Source: Dimorphilus gyrociliatus
Lineage: Eukaryota; Animalia; Annelida
Direction of reading: 5' to 3'
Length of the DNA: 64,000 bases
Assembly (NCBI GenBank): GCA_904063045.1
Contig: CAJFCJ010000002.1
Location: forward strand, 2,723,891-2,787,890
Shown here piece after piece: positions 39,196 to 53,036 of this stretch. Position 1 is the stretch's first letter. The number at the start of each line of letters is the position of its first letter. The notes below the pieces were generated by a model. The model had not been told where the DNA came from, did no database searches, and saw nothing but the letters and a program-made list of their open reading frames with translations. The position numbers were made by a program, and so were the translations under genes.

Positions 39196-40408
39196 CCTTT
39201 AAAAATTCTATAACCTCTAACCAAATGGCATTTAGTTTAACGTTTAGATAATCTTCAAACATTATATATTACAGCATTATTAAAAAGATTTGTATTTGTT
39301 TAAACATCAGTTAACTATAATTATTCACTATTGTTCAACTTATGGAATAAAATTGCTAATTCATTTATATCAACTTTGCTTGAATACATAAGAAGTAAAG
39401 AGTATTTCGAATATTTCTTATTCCATTCAATCATCATTACTTTCAAAAGCCTTAGTATATATAAATATATATATATATATTTAAGTTGTTATATACTTGT
39501 TTATGTTTCATACTCTCTCTCTTTCTCTCTGTATATTATTAATAATCTGCTAAAGATTTAATATACTTTACTTTTTTAAGAAAGAAGGGGAAGATAATAA
39601 AAAAAAACAATTTTTTTAGACATGTGACTGTTTTGAAAAGCATGTTGAAACGTGGCGAATGAAAAATGGTGGGTGATATTTGATTAACTGACTACAGCGC
39701 CCTCATTCTTGAAAAATTATATACACTTGTATATAGTATGTATATCAAACAGCCCAGTCCTTAACGATTTCCCTTACATATCGAATTTTTATAGAGTAAA
39801 TATAAAAGAAACTTGATGTAAATTTTTTTGCTTAAAATATCTGCAGACAGTTTAAGTAGAGCAGACAAGAATTCATTTTAAAGCTTATATATATACTATA
39901 TATATATATATTGAAGTATATATTTAATATACAATATATATAGCTTATATTTATAAACCCATATACTTTAAAAGATAAAAATATACAGATATATACATAG
40001 TCTTAAAGCTGTATAAACAATTAAGATTCTCCTACCTCACCTAAACTTAGTAAAACCCAGAATTTAGGATTCGATGAAAATCTAGTCACGTATTGAACTT
40101 TTTCTAGTACCTTTATAGAATGTATTATTGAACAGCGTATGGTTGTGTACACACTGTCTAGCGTTCAACATATCGACTGACTTCTAAACCGTTCTTTTAA
40201 CGCTTCCCTTTTCTCGTTTACTCACTATCCCACCTAGCGACTAAACTCCCTTCGTCCTTCTTACTATCCATTTCTATTTTACCTTTTTAGTTAGTTTAGT
40301 AAACTCGTATAATTAAATTGGAAGAGAGAACAGACGGGGTCGAATTTCTCAAAATCTTTTAGATGTTGTTAATATATATGCTGAGGGTATATATAGCATA
40401 TATAAATT

Positions 40409-40439
<31 letters not shown>

Positions 40440-40669
40440 ATATTTATATATATACTATACATACACAGCCGGCCATTCCTTTTTTATTTATTCGATCGAA
40501 AAATGAATGTCAGGCAGAAATTTAAAAGATTTCATTATACCCCAAATGTTTTCTCTTCTTTCTCCCGCCTTTCTTTCTTTCTCTCAGACTCATTTTTTGT
40601 TTGCTCTTCTATATGTGAATTCTACCAGATGCTAAAGACTCATAACCTTAAAACATGATATGAAATATT

Positions 40670-40830
40670 TTGGCGCGCATCACGTGACATAGTTACCTTA
40701 GAGATAACCAATCAGGCGACGATTATCGTTATTCGATTGAATAGACATTAGACAAAAAAGAGCATCAACGTGTTCGAAAAAGTGTATACAAATGACGTCA
40801 CATTGCACTTTACAAAATCAATGTACGTCT
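40670..40830. promoter_or_regulatory. Promoter/enhancer-like motif cluster (E-box TCACGTGA, CCAAT box, CRE TGACGTCA)
   Basis: TCACGTGAC at ~40680, ACCAATCA at ~40707 and TGACGTCA at ~40794 lie within 130 nt of CpG-richer sequence in an AT-rich background. The target transcript is not identified. Confidence 0.4.
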
Positions 40831-41738
40831 ATATAGCGCAATGCCAGGCACGATCCTTTAATCGTTTCTATGGTAATGATTCGAATTTATTTGCTCTTTA
40901 TTAATATTTCATAGACATATCGGAAAAAGCTTTAAATCTTACCTATATAGAAGACTCGTGACGAAGAGCAGGAAAGTTGAGAATAAGCGAGGTGTTAAAA
41001 AGAGAGGAGATCGAAGGTAATACGTCAAATAAAGAAAGAGACAATACGGTAAAGCAAAACGCTCGAATGAAGAATCTCTCTTTATATCTGTATTCACTTT
41101 CTCTTAATCTCCTTTTCTTTCTCTTTAGTTTAACTTTTCAGCTTATTTGAAATTTCTTCAATTTTATCTCTTTGCCTTTCTTTGCAAGCTCATCAACTCT
41201 TCAGACCCTATTCAGATACCTAAAACTTCCCTTCTGTCGGGGCTACGTTGGCGAATCGGCTCTGACGTCAGAGTTAGACAAACATTTACTTTCCAAACTG
41301 TATCTGCGCCATCTACCGATTTTTTTACCCCTTTTACCTACCTAACTACTTATCAATCTACCTACTTTGCTCCAATACATCATATACATTCTCATTCTGT
41401 CAAATATCTAAGGGTTAACATCTTTATTTACAATATTTTATAAAGCTTTTGCTCCTTCTCATCCCCTCTATTCTCCTAAATTTTTGGGTGCCGTTTAGAA
41501 AAACATTTTCGTGATCCCTTTTCTCCCCCACCCTTCTCAATGACTTAGAATTTTTTCTTTCTTTATAAAACACTCACCTTTTCTTCCTTTGAAGTGTAAT
41601 TCAACGGCCGACTAAAAACGTGCCAAGACTTAGGCCTAATAAATTTGAAAGAAAAAAAAAATATTAAAAAGTTCTTTTACTAAAGATAATAAGTTTTTAG
41701 AACTAAGTTTAATCGTTGTAAATTAAAAAACAACTTAC

Positions 41739-41803
41739 CACTTCCGGAATGGGTAATTAGACGGCTTAGTCAAAGATCGGCTGAGCGTGAAGCAGTACCG
41801 TAA
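41739..41803 (-). ncRNA. Candidate non-coding exon of a mir-31 host transcript
   Basis: 65-nt GC-richer segment bounded on the minus strand by TTGCAG| and |GTAAGT. No convincing ORF. Lies upstream of mir-31 on the same strand. Confidence 0.3.
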
Positions 41804-42125
41804 CTGCAATAATGTTGTAGTAATAATTTTCTTTTATAGATTATTTTCCGCCAGATGGCGCTGAAAAATTGTTATATCTTAATAAATTAATTATATCATT
41901 AATTTAAAGTTTTAATATTTACAACTCGCACGTTTAAATAATCTAATTGTGACAATGAACGTTTTGGTATTTGGATTCATTACGAGACGAAGTAATAAGA
42001 ACAGGGTACATTAGATATCATATATATCCTTTCTGACGCGTAGACTGTCTGCTATTCTCTTCTCTCTTTCTCTTGCTCTCTTTCTCCCCCTAAACATACA
42101 CACTTGCTCACACATGCACACACAG

Positions 42126-42168
<43 letters not shown>

Positions 42169-43765
42169 GGCTATCATAAGTAGTATATAAATATACTGTA
42201 TATAGTTTTATATATATATATATATATATATACGATAAGAGCATCTTTGTAGAATAAATGTATTAGATTTATATATTTAAAAGTTTATGTTTATAAATAC
42301 CAGCGAAGAAATAAGAAATACAGACATATACATGCATCCACTTGTACGGTAAACTGTATGTTTTGATCTTATGTATTAGGCATACATTAGGTATGATATC
42401 TACATATTTATTATATTAAGCAAATAAAATAGATAAATACTCTTTTCGTTTAATTTACATAAGGACATTTCATATATATTCGCGATCTAAAAGACAATAT
42501 ATTAGAACAGAGGTCATCTTTTTGTTGAGAAAATCCTTTAATAAATATTTCAATATACCTTTCTTTTATGATCATTTAAAAATTTTTAATTAGAATCATT
42601 TGAAAAAATGAAAAGAGAAGAACGTTTGTAAACTTAATTATTCTGAATAAATAAAGAAGAAATTAGGTCTATACATAAATACAGTTTATATATATATAAC
42701 TATATACTAATATAAATGAAATGAAAGAGTGAACATTTATTATATCTTTATTTATTTATATGATTTTTATAATGAAATACTTAAGTTACTTTAAAAAAAA
42801 ATTTTTTTCTTGCTTATTGTCCATTAACATGGACATAATGTTTGCATAGTAATTAATGCTCTTTGTTCATTATCGAAATCGGTTAATGGTTTTAGTTATT
42901 GTTGAATCGGTATTTTTACAATATATTCAGATAAACAAGCTTCTGATTAATATGTAATACTGTATAAAATATACATTTGAAAGGTTTTTATGGTAGAGAA
43001 AACATAGCAAGAATATTTCATTGTAGAATTTATTTGGTGAGCTCAATATAAACTGCTTCCAATTGAACATATAGTTTGAGCTAATTATACATAAATTTCT
43101 TCTTTATCCCCGCTAATTTCACGTACGTTAATGAAATATTTATAAGATATTCAAAGATTTTTCTACTGAATACATATTATTTATTTACATATATATAAAT
43201 TTATACAGTATATATATACTGTATTATTGTTCCTAACCCTATATAGTTAACTGAATAACCGTCTTTTTTCGTATCTAAGTGAGCAAAAGGAAAAAGGTGA
43301 TAATATAGCTGAAGAAAATGGTATTGTGAGTGTAAAGAAAAATTAAATTCCAAAATATTCTTAAACTTGTATTGAATTTCTTTTCATTATTTTACTAAAA
43401 CGATAACATTTTAATTATTCTAAACAAAAAAGATGATTTTCTTGTTATAACTACAGGAGTTCTTGTAAGTAAAAAAGAAACATTTTCAATACATATACTG
43501 CATATATATATATATATATGAAGTATATTTAAATCAATATTAAAAAATTATAGATCATAACCATAATTATTCAATTTTGACTAATTTATATAGAAATTAT
43601 TAAAAGATAAAGTGAATATTGTAAGAGAGAATTATAAAAAAAAGCTGATCAAATATAATTAGTTCTTTTTTATTAAATTGATTTTAATAAATTCAAACAT
43701 TTTTTTCATAAAGATTTTTTTTTCTTTTAGAGATATTTTTTAGGAATTTAATATTTTTTTAGCAT

Positions 43766-43800
<35 letters not shown>

Positions 43801-46199
43801 CTCTCGTTTACCTTCTCTCTCCTATTCTGTCACTCCTTCCCTCTCTCTCTCTTTCTCTCTCTCTCTTTCTTTCTCTGTCTCTCTCTCGTTCTCTGTTTGT
43901 CTATCTGATTCTCTCGGTTTCTCTCTCTCTCCCTCTCAGTCTATCCCAAACAGATCGTTCAAACTCAGCATTCACCTAAATGAATCACGTTTTTTTAACG
44001 TTTTTATGAAATGTTTATTTTTAGAATGACGTCATATTTAAATTGTCTGAACACGTGATCAACTAAATAAATTTGGGTTATAGATGATTTACTAAGGGTT
44101 AAAAGGTAATATATTTCTGAAGAAGAGTATATTACTTTTAAACTATGAGAATGTTGTAGATGATTATTCTGTGCCACTTGTTATATATAATGTCCTATAT
44201 AAACTTTTCTGTATAATACAGTATAGAGTTGGTTTATGGAATATGCCACGTAAAAGGTTTTTATCTGAATTAAACCATATTTCTATAAGAAATCGACATA
44301 TAATCGATTGAACCCTGTAATAATTTACATAGAATTTTTATCACATTGAGGGAGAGAGAGAAAGAGAGCTTGAAAGAAAGAGGAAAAATTATTAGTTATT
44401 TATTAATCAACACCCACACTACACATACACTTTTCTCTTGTACACGTCACTTCTCTTGTATATGAATAAGTCATATTTTTGTAAGAAATATATCGAATAA
44501 AAAGCGTCATTTGTAATAAAAGTACAAGGCTTCTTGAACAAATAGTATAATATTATCAGCAATTCTTGCCCTTATTTACTTTTGCATGTCAGTAGAGAAA
44601 GCATTAAAAAAGGGGAAAAAAAGACAGAGAGAAAGAATAAAAGAGTGAATGAATGCATAAATGAATAAATAAATAGAGGAAAAAGAAAACCTAAATTAAA
44701 GTCTAAAACTTGTCTCTATTCTTAATTCATTTATTATAAGTTTATATTCCATTATTACGGATTGTTTTAATAATAAGATATTATGTAGAGTACATAATCT
44801 ATATTTTACAAACTTTATTACTATTGAATATTCATTTATTATTGTTTAAATTTTAAAATTATTCAAATGAGTAAGAAAGAGTTCTTTCCGTTTTTTATAA
44901 CACATTTATTCGGTACAGCAGTATTAAATATCGTAAGCAATTTTTGACTAAATGTTCGTGTCTGGGCGTCCCTCGCGACGTTTATGTTGTTTATCCGGAG
45001 CCGTTAGATTATTTACGGCATCGTTTCTCATGAGTCTGCTCCGTTTCATTCGGTCAATCCCTCACCTTTTTCTTTCGCTCTATACAACTATACCTCCTAT
45101 TCGTATACTCTCGTAAATATTTTCAACCTTCAAGACCTCACCTCCTTTTATTTTTAAATCTCATCTCGCTTCAACTACATCTTACCATGCTACTGTGCTA
45201 TATCTAAATTCATTTAAGGGTTATAATAAAGTACTCCCTCTAGTTTTCTTGTTTACCGACTTAGTCGCTGTCTAAACCTGCATAAATAAATATTAGTTGG
45301 ATATTATTATTTTTCCTGATCGCCGTTAATATAAAAAGAACAGAACTGCTTTCTCTCTAATTGTATAGCTAGTATTTCAGTAGGCATTGAGTAAAAGTGA
45401 ATGATTTGTACGATTACACAATAAAAACTTATATTCTACTCTGAACGATATTAAAGTTTTTGGCAATATCTACTTTTTTTTTCCAAGTAGGCTAGCCCAT
45501 CACTATAGTTGTATATTTACAACTATCCTTACCCACCAGATGTCGTACTAGTACTGACTATAGATATATTAAGCCTTTTCTATAGATTATGCTTCAGTAG
45601 GCTCTTTTCCCAAAGAATGCTATTACTCGCTTCTACTTATACAAAAAAGAAAGATGTTTTCTTCTAATAAGAAAGAAAACGTATACCTGAACATTTTACG
45701 CTATATTAATTTCGATTAAGAAGAGACGATTTCATCTTATTCTGTTCTTGCATTTTATATTTCAGCCACCCTGCCTCCCCCTCCGTCTTCCCCGTCCCCC
45801 GCGTATATTATCATTTTAGCCATTTTGTTGCTCCACCTCAACCGTTTTTTTTTCTTTACTTTGACGATTTCCCAATCTTTTTTTTGTATTCAATTAAATT
45901 ATCTCTCTTCTTTAATTTCTGAGCCTCTTTGTTTCTTAGTAAATAGTAATTTTCCTTATATCTAATGAATTTATTACCTATGTAAATAGCTCTTTATAAT
46001 TCTATTTAATATAACAACTATTTAAAATGTGTGGACAAGTAAAAGCAAAATTAATTTAAAATAGACCTACTTTAGATAATATATTCTATTATTTTATATA
46101 AAATTTAGACGGGTTAAAAAATGAAGCGGTATTTTCTTTTATCGTCATACATCTTCTAAAAATTCTCAATCATCAATTTAATTTCCGTTTTTTAAAATG

Positions 46200-46484
46200 A
46201 GTTCATAGAGATGGCGCCAAAAGGTCACGTGATCGAAGTGGCATTTATACGTTGAATTTTCAAAGTCATAGCAAATCGATCTTCCAGTGCTCATTCAATC
46301 GAACTGTTCAAGCGGTGTAGTGAGCTGCTTTTTTTTTTTAACGCTTTACTTTGACCGAAAATAATCGTTTTTTATTGGAATTGGACTACTTCTTGCGTTA
46401 ACTTATAATCTGGCAAGTTAACCGGATACATAACTGATTAACTCGTAATTTTACAAACAGAAAATTTATACCCTAATAAAAACG
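46200..46484 (+). promoter_or_regulatory. Likely promoter and non-coding first exon of hillarin
   Basis: AGATGGCGC and GTCACGTGAT motifs at 46208-46235; donor G|GTAAGG at 46484/46485; matching acceptor TTCTGCAG| at 48195, just upstream of the hillarin ATG. Confidence 0.45.
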
Positions 46485-48238
46485 GTAAGGAAAAATTTGC
46501 TTATTAATAAGAAGGCAGGATATTACAAAATAGTTTCTTTTACATATAAAATATTGTAATATATAGTATATATTTAATGGTCACGTGATACTACTTGGCA
46601 AGTTGTTATTTTTGATTTTTTAAACAAAAATCATTAGTATGATGTTGTTTACTATACGAAAGAAATACGTATGGGAATCTTCCGGTTCATATTGAAAAAT
46701 AGTCTAGATGCCCTTTGAATGATTCATTTACAACAAGAAAAGAAATAAGAGGGTAAAAGTTAAAAGTATTGAATCATACTTGGTTTTACCTTTTATTACT
46801 AATTTCCATATTTAGTCCGAAGTAATCGAAACTACAAACGAAGGGAGTGGGAGAATATTCAATAATTCTTACTAATATATTAATAGTCATTTCAAGAGGA
46901 ACGACTTATCATCTTTATAAAATAGATATAATATTACCTTACAACAACAATACAAACTATTTATTTCAATAGTATATTAAATATTTAGATTTTTACCTAC
47001 AAACCTTAACGAAAGGAAAAGAGCCGAGAAGAAAGAGAACTTCTTATACAACATATACGAGTTCTTTAGTTCTTTTTCTCCTATTCGAATATATATTCTT
47101 AATCACAAGGTAGACATTGGCTACGCCCCAACGCCTATTTAATGGCGCCAGAAGCATTATTTTGATATTTGTACATGTACCCTTAACTCTTGAGAGTCCT
47201 ATTAGCATTTTTGACTTTTAACAATATTGTATTTAAAAAAAAATAATGTACTCTTTTTTTTTTTCATTCAAGCCATTAAAAAAACCAAAAATATATCGAT
47301 TCATTCAAAATAGCACCAGATTTATTCAATTCATAAATGAGAACATGTGTTCCTTTATATATATTTCAGACTTTGAGGTAGATAGAAACATAGATAGATG
47401 TATAGATAAACAGATAGAGCGTTGAAGATATATATATATATATATATATATACTGTATATAAATAGTTCTCCATATCCTAAAATAATCAATTCTTTTTTA
47501 ATTTAAACAATTAATAACTCTTAATCTTGTATGTATTATATATATTTCATTGATTATAATTAAGATAATGACACAAACACCAAAAGTATAAGCTATGTAA
47601 AGATGCATATATACAGTATATTAATATATATATTCTTATATATAATATTATATCATACTGAATAGAATGACGAATATCTTTTTTAAGGTTATACAATACG
47701 GTTTAATACTATATATGTATGTTATTATTATTATTATTATTAATATATACGATATATTGTAATTTTCAAGTTGATCTAGCCTATAAATTATGCAGATTTA
47801 TAAATCTTTTAAAAATATGCTAAAACTTTTCAAACTGTTCATAGTTTTATTAAAAAAAATATAAAAGATACTAAAGTTTATAGATGTTAGCATAACTCCC
47901 TTTTGTACTGAAATAATTTTATCATTGTTTTTTTTAAAAAAAAAATGAATCAAAAGAAAAGAAAAAAACAATATTTGAAAATTTAGACCTTTTAAGAATT
48001 GAATATTTTTGTTGGATATGATTTCGTTGTAATGACCTACTTGAATTTCCACTATGGAAAGAAGAGAAAAGTTCTTTTCTATATTCGAAAGCACATTACA
48101 AATTCTGTTTTTGTTAAAAATATTTCTTTTTCTGTTCGAAAGTGTTTTTTTTTTAAGAAAACTTATATTGACACTTTTTTTTTATTATTCTGCAGTGTTT
48201 TGAAGACTCTGAAGGAAGTAAAAAGATAAAAATTAAAA

Positions 48239-51200
48239 ATGGCTTCAGTCACTAGTATGTCTAGTGCTCCGAGAAGTTTGCAAAATCTATTTGCACCAAA
48301 AACTACTGAAATGTGCCTTCGATGTAATGCGAGAGTGTATCAAGTGGAAAAAGTTGGACCAGTTAATGGGGTTGTCTTTCATAAGCAATGCTTCAGGTGT
48401 AAGCAATGTGGACTACCTTTGAGTATGAGGACTTACTTTACCGCTCCTTCTTTCTCAAAGGATATTAATAAAGAAATTTACTGCTCTAAACATAAACCGG
48501 AAGGGGAAGCGGTACGCTTAGATATTCACTCTTTGGGTCTAAAGCATGCCCTTTCCGCACCAAAGGCGGTTGATCCATACAATCTGAGACATCATTATGT
48601 ACCAGGGCAATTGGGGCCGAAAATTGATGGTGCTGCAATGTTTATTCGGTCAGCCATAGCTGGCCAAAATGCCCGAAAGGAGTATAAAGCCCCCACTAAT
48701 ATGGACAAACATCATTTCCCAGCTTTTGTGGTAAGAAAACAATCTTTCTATACATTTTTCTTCCTATTTTTTAATTGATAAAGTATTGCCTATATCCGAA
48801 AGTCTTTTTTTTAAAAAAGAAAAACCCGACTATTCTTCGCAAAAAGAAGATTTTTTTTATGTATCTCCGTTTTTTTTCACTTTCTTCTGTTTAAAATTCT
48901 TTTCAAACCTCTATTGTTTAGATGATATCAAAAATTGGCCGAGTCAATGGGAAACGTAAATAGCCTTACTTTTTTCACAAAGATATTGTGTTTGGTTGAA
49001 TTAAACACTGTCATATTCTTTTTTCTTCCAATACTAGTGGACGGTAATAAGTGTATAACGTTTTCCATTCGACTGGCAAATAAATAAACAAAATTTAAAA
49101 AAAAACACTTGAATTCTTCAAGACCACTTAATTTTTCTATCCTCTTTAATTATTGATAGAGTATCGTCAGTTGGAAGATTATTGACCGGAAGTTAATCAA
49201 TAAAAATAAGTTCATCGAAAGAATCACTTTTAAATGATTCCTTTTTGGTTTTTTTTTAAAATAGATGCATGCAGCTAAAGCTGAGGCTTTACGAAAAGCT
49301 CAGGAGCGTTTGGAGGAGGAATTTACTCTTGAAGAGGATGAACTGCATAAACAATTTATCGAAGAGAAAGTTGAACAAGATAAACAAATTGAAAATGAGG
49401 TTAAAGTTGAATGGGAGGAAAAATTAAAGACTCTTCAGGCGAAATTTGATTTGGATATAAGGGAGAGAAAAGATTCTGGCGACAAGGAAGTCATGACACA
49501 AAAATTCTATAAAGAAAAGGAAAGATTAGAAGAGCATATGACGCTAAAGAGACAAAAGAAGAAAGCAACAATGACCCTCAGATTACAAGAAAAATCACAA
49601 GCAGAAACTTCAAAGATGATTGCCGTTCAAAGTGAGAAATTATTACAGTTACACAAAGAACAAATGCAACAAACGAAAGAGGAAATTGTTGTTGAGTTGG
49701 TTAGTATACATTTTCTAATATTTTTATTACTTTGTTATTTTATTGGCTTCAGTAGAAATTTGATAATAGATTATGTATTATAATAGACTACGAACAAAGA
49801 ACATATTATGTAGGTGTATAGAAAAGAGGGGTGGAAGACCAAGCAGTGGTTCATGCGTGCCCGAATGCACCTCGAAAAAGCATTCAATCCTTTGTAAATA
49901 TTCGATACGTTTTCGCTATTTATCTAGGCCTATAAAAACGAATAGCTGAATTATCGTTAGAACGTGATTCGGTTGGCTTTTACTTATTTAACCCTTTCTT
50001 TCGATCGTTCCCCTCCCCTTCCTCTGAGTAACATATCTCCATTTGCACAATGTCTACAACCTCCTGTGGTATTTAAGATTTTGAGCCCATTCAAGTTCTA
50101 CACACCTTAACATATTTTTATGACCCTTAGACAATATCTTCACCTAATAAAAGAGACTAGAATAAATTGTTGAATATTCTTGTCTTGTCGTAAAGGCGCA
50201 ATACGAGTTATATGATGACTTTTCCCATTCCAAATCTTTCAATACGTATCCTATATCAGTAGTCGTGTAGTGCAGTAAAAAGGGAAAAATTGTCAAAATA
50301 TAAATGGATTTGTCTTATCTTTATACGAAGGCCATTCCTCTTATCCTATATCAATGTATACTTGCATATCTCTCACACACTCAGTAATCCCGTTAATACC
50401 CATGCTCACGTAAAAGGATAAGGGATAGGAGATGTACGGGGTAAAAATAATGGTGAGACTATTGCAGCCTGTTTAAACATAGGCCTACTAATCCCAAAGG
50501 TCTATTGATTATAATTTAGCTAGCAAATTGTTCATTTTTTTCCATTTTACGGTCCGTTATTTTCTTTTTAGAGGGAAAAAAAAAAGCTAATTTTTTTTAA
50601 AAAAAAATCAATGCTAAAAACTGAAAAAAAGAAAAAAAACATGAAAAAAAACACGGAAAAGTTGAGAAAATAAACAAATAGAAATAAAAAATCTTCATAC
50701 CTATTTAATTGCATAAAAGACGAGTTATTGCTTATATATTTTGTATGTTTGTTAATAGTTAGAAAAGTGAAAAAGGTTTTACTATTTTAATTGCCGCTCT
50801 TTAAATTCTTTAGCTTTTTTTTTTTTAGCTTGTCAAGTAGGCAAATATTCAGTTCATCCGTTATTTATTGCCGCAAGGTCACACTCAGCCAAAGAAGCGT
50901 TACAGTTTTTGCACAATTATTAATAATAGATGAATCAATTAAATAATATTTTTGAGTTTGTTGACAAAATTATTTTATTTTTCGAGAATGATAAACAATG
51001 GTAAACGCCATCTACAGGTTGAAGCCAAAGAACGTATGGAAGCTGATGGCGAGGAGGCGAATGTGGAAGCGGTTAAAGAGGCTATTGATGCCGTAAAAGC
51101 TATGGCAGTTGATTTACCTGGACCTCATCCGCCCTCTTGCCGAAAGCGTGATTTGTACTTAGATGCATCCGAATTTGAACAATTGGATCAGCACGTTTTC

Positions 51201-53036
51201 GATATTGCGGAAAAAGAGCATGAAAAGTTTACCGACCTTGTTGAGGAATTAACTGGACCCTGCGTATCAGACCTACAAAAAGCCAGAGCCATATTTAGAT
51301 GGATCACAGTGAAAGATCTTAATCAGTTGAAATTTGACGATCAAGAAAGCCACAATTCCGATTCTCCTATGGGTATTCTGAGGGGTATTAAGTTCGGTAC
51401 AGAAACGTACCATACCCTCTTTATGAGAATATGTTCTTACGCCGGTCTAGCCTGTGTGGAAATAAAGGGCCATTCAAAATCAGTTGGCTACGAACCAGGC
51501 ATGAAAATAAAAGAAAATTTCCAAAATACTTGGAATGCAGTCTTACTTCAGAACGATTGGTGGCCGGTTCAGTGCAATTGGGGTGCGAGACATTTGGTGT
51601 TAAACAAGGATGCAGAACCCAAAGAGGAAGCTCCTGTTAAGCGAGGTAGGGATAAAATCAGATATCAATACGATGAGCACTACTTCTTAACCGACCCTGA
51701 CGAAATGATCCAAGAATTTTGGGCTAAAGATCCAGAATGGCAATTGTTGGAGAAACCAATAACTATTGAAGAGTTTGAAGATATGCCTTTTGTTAGATCT
51801 GTTTTCTTTCTATTTGGCTTAGAACACAGTCCAAGAAATACCAAAGCTATTATAGATTGTGATTCGAAAGGTGAGGCTCAAGTAAAAATAAAAGTACCAA
51901 ATGATTTTGCTCCCGATTTAATTTTCCACTATCAACTGAGAAGAGCTGAGAAGGATAGAAAGAACGAAACGGATTACAAAGGAGCTAAACTTGATAGATT
52001 TGTCTTTCAAACAATCTCCGAAGGTTTTGCCACATTTAATGTCTATTTACCAAGTCCAGGTCAGTTCTTCCTTGAGATATTTGCCAACAAAATCGACAAT
52101 TCCCATCGTTTGGGAGAAGACTCAAATTCAATTCAACCATTTCGATTAAAATGTGCTTGCAAATTTCGTATTCGTTGCTCAGAAATTGCCGGGAAAATGC
52201 ATCCTTTGCCAGCTTGCTCTCCAGGTGAATGGGGTCCATCTAAGGCAGAAAGACACTTTGGAATGAAACCAAAGACACATAAAACGGGTCTGATAAATAT
52301 TGATGATCCAACTGGAGAATGCTTTTTAGAATTTCATGTACCAAGACCTTTGTACTTTTTAATCAAGCTGAGAAAGAACGACGTAACAGAATCGCTATTG
52401 CAAAAGTATGTTACTCACTCTATGGTCACTGATACTACTTGGAATATACGAATTCAAGCACCTGATAGGGGCCAATACGGTCTTGATATTTACGCAAGAC
52501 CAGAAGATTCAAGGGAATCACAATCTTTATCTCATGCCTGCAAATATCTTATAAATGTTTCCAAGCTTCATCAACCAGACAATCATTACATGCGTCAATT
52601 ATCAAAGGAGAAGAAAGAGAAAAATGGCTCAAAATCCCCTGACCATTCTTCTCTTAAATTGGGTAGGACGGAGGGTTTTAATCAACTCGGTATGAGCCTT
52701 CTGTCACATCCTAGCCCTGAAATAGAGGTACAACAAGGGAATAGCCTATTAATCGAGATTGGAGCTGGAAGTAGCTCTCTAAAACTCTCCTGTCATCTGA
52801 CGAGAGAGAATGAAAACTACGAAGATAGAGTTTCAATTAAAGATGGTAATAAAAAGCATAAAATTAATATTGGGTCGCTAGAGATGGGTACCTATATACT
52901 AACAATATTTGGGAGAAGGAAGAAGGACGAGGGAAATAGTATGAGTCAATTATTTACTTACTGCATACATTGTACCCGTCCATCTGCTTCTTTTCAAAAT
53001 ACTGGCAGTAAAAAGAAGAAAAGCCTCTTCAAGTGA
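48239..53036 (+). CDS. Hil: Hillarin (LIM-type zinc finger, coiled coil, transglutaminase-like/KY domain), 3 coding exons, 981 aa
   Basis: Exons 48239-48730, 49265-49699 and 51018-53036, all phase 0. LIM-like CLRCNARVYQVEK..FHKQCFRCKQC..YCSKH; E/K-rich coiled coil; TGL domain KARAIFRWI..LFMRICSYAGL..GHSKSVGYEPG..WNAV..WG..YFLTDP. Confidence 0.88.
49814..49897 (+). CDS. Candidate alternative terminal exon of hillarin (VYRKEGWKTKQWFMRARMHLEKAFNPL-stop)
   Basis: Acceptor TATGTAG| at 49813, in phase 0 with the 49699 donor. GC-richer than the surrounding intron. 27 codons then TAA. Confidence 0.45.
   Translation: MYRKEGWKTKQWFMRARMHLEKAFNPL

Noticed and set aside
41147-41443. 98-aa ORF with a signal-peptide-like start
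   Set aside because: Starts at TTG, I found no compatible upstream ATG exon, composition is low-complexity and no domain is recognisable.
50952-51017. 5' extension of the 694-aa hillarin ORF (MSLLTKLFYFSRMINNGKRHLQ)
   Set aside because: Lies upstream of the acceptor at 51017 and is most simply intron read-through; an internal start cannot be supported.
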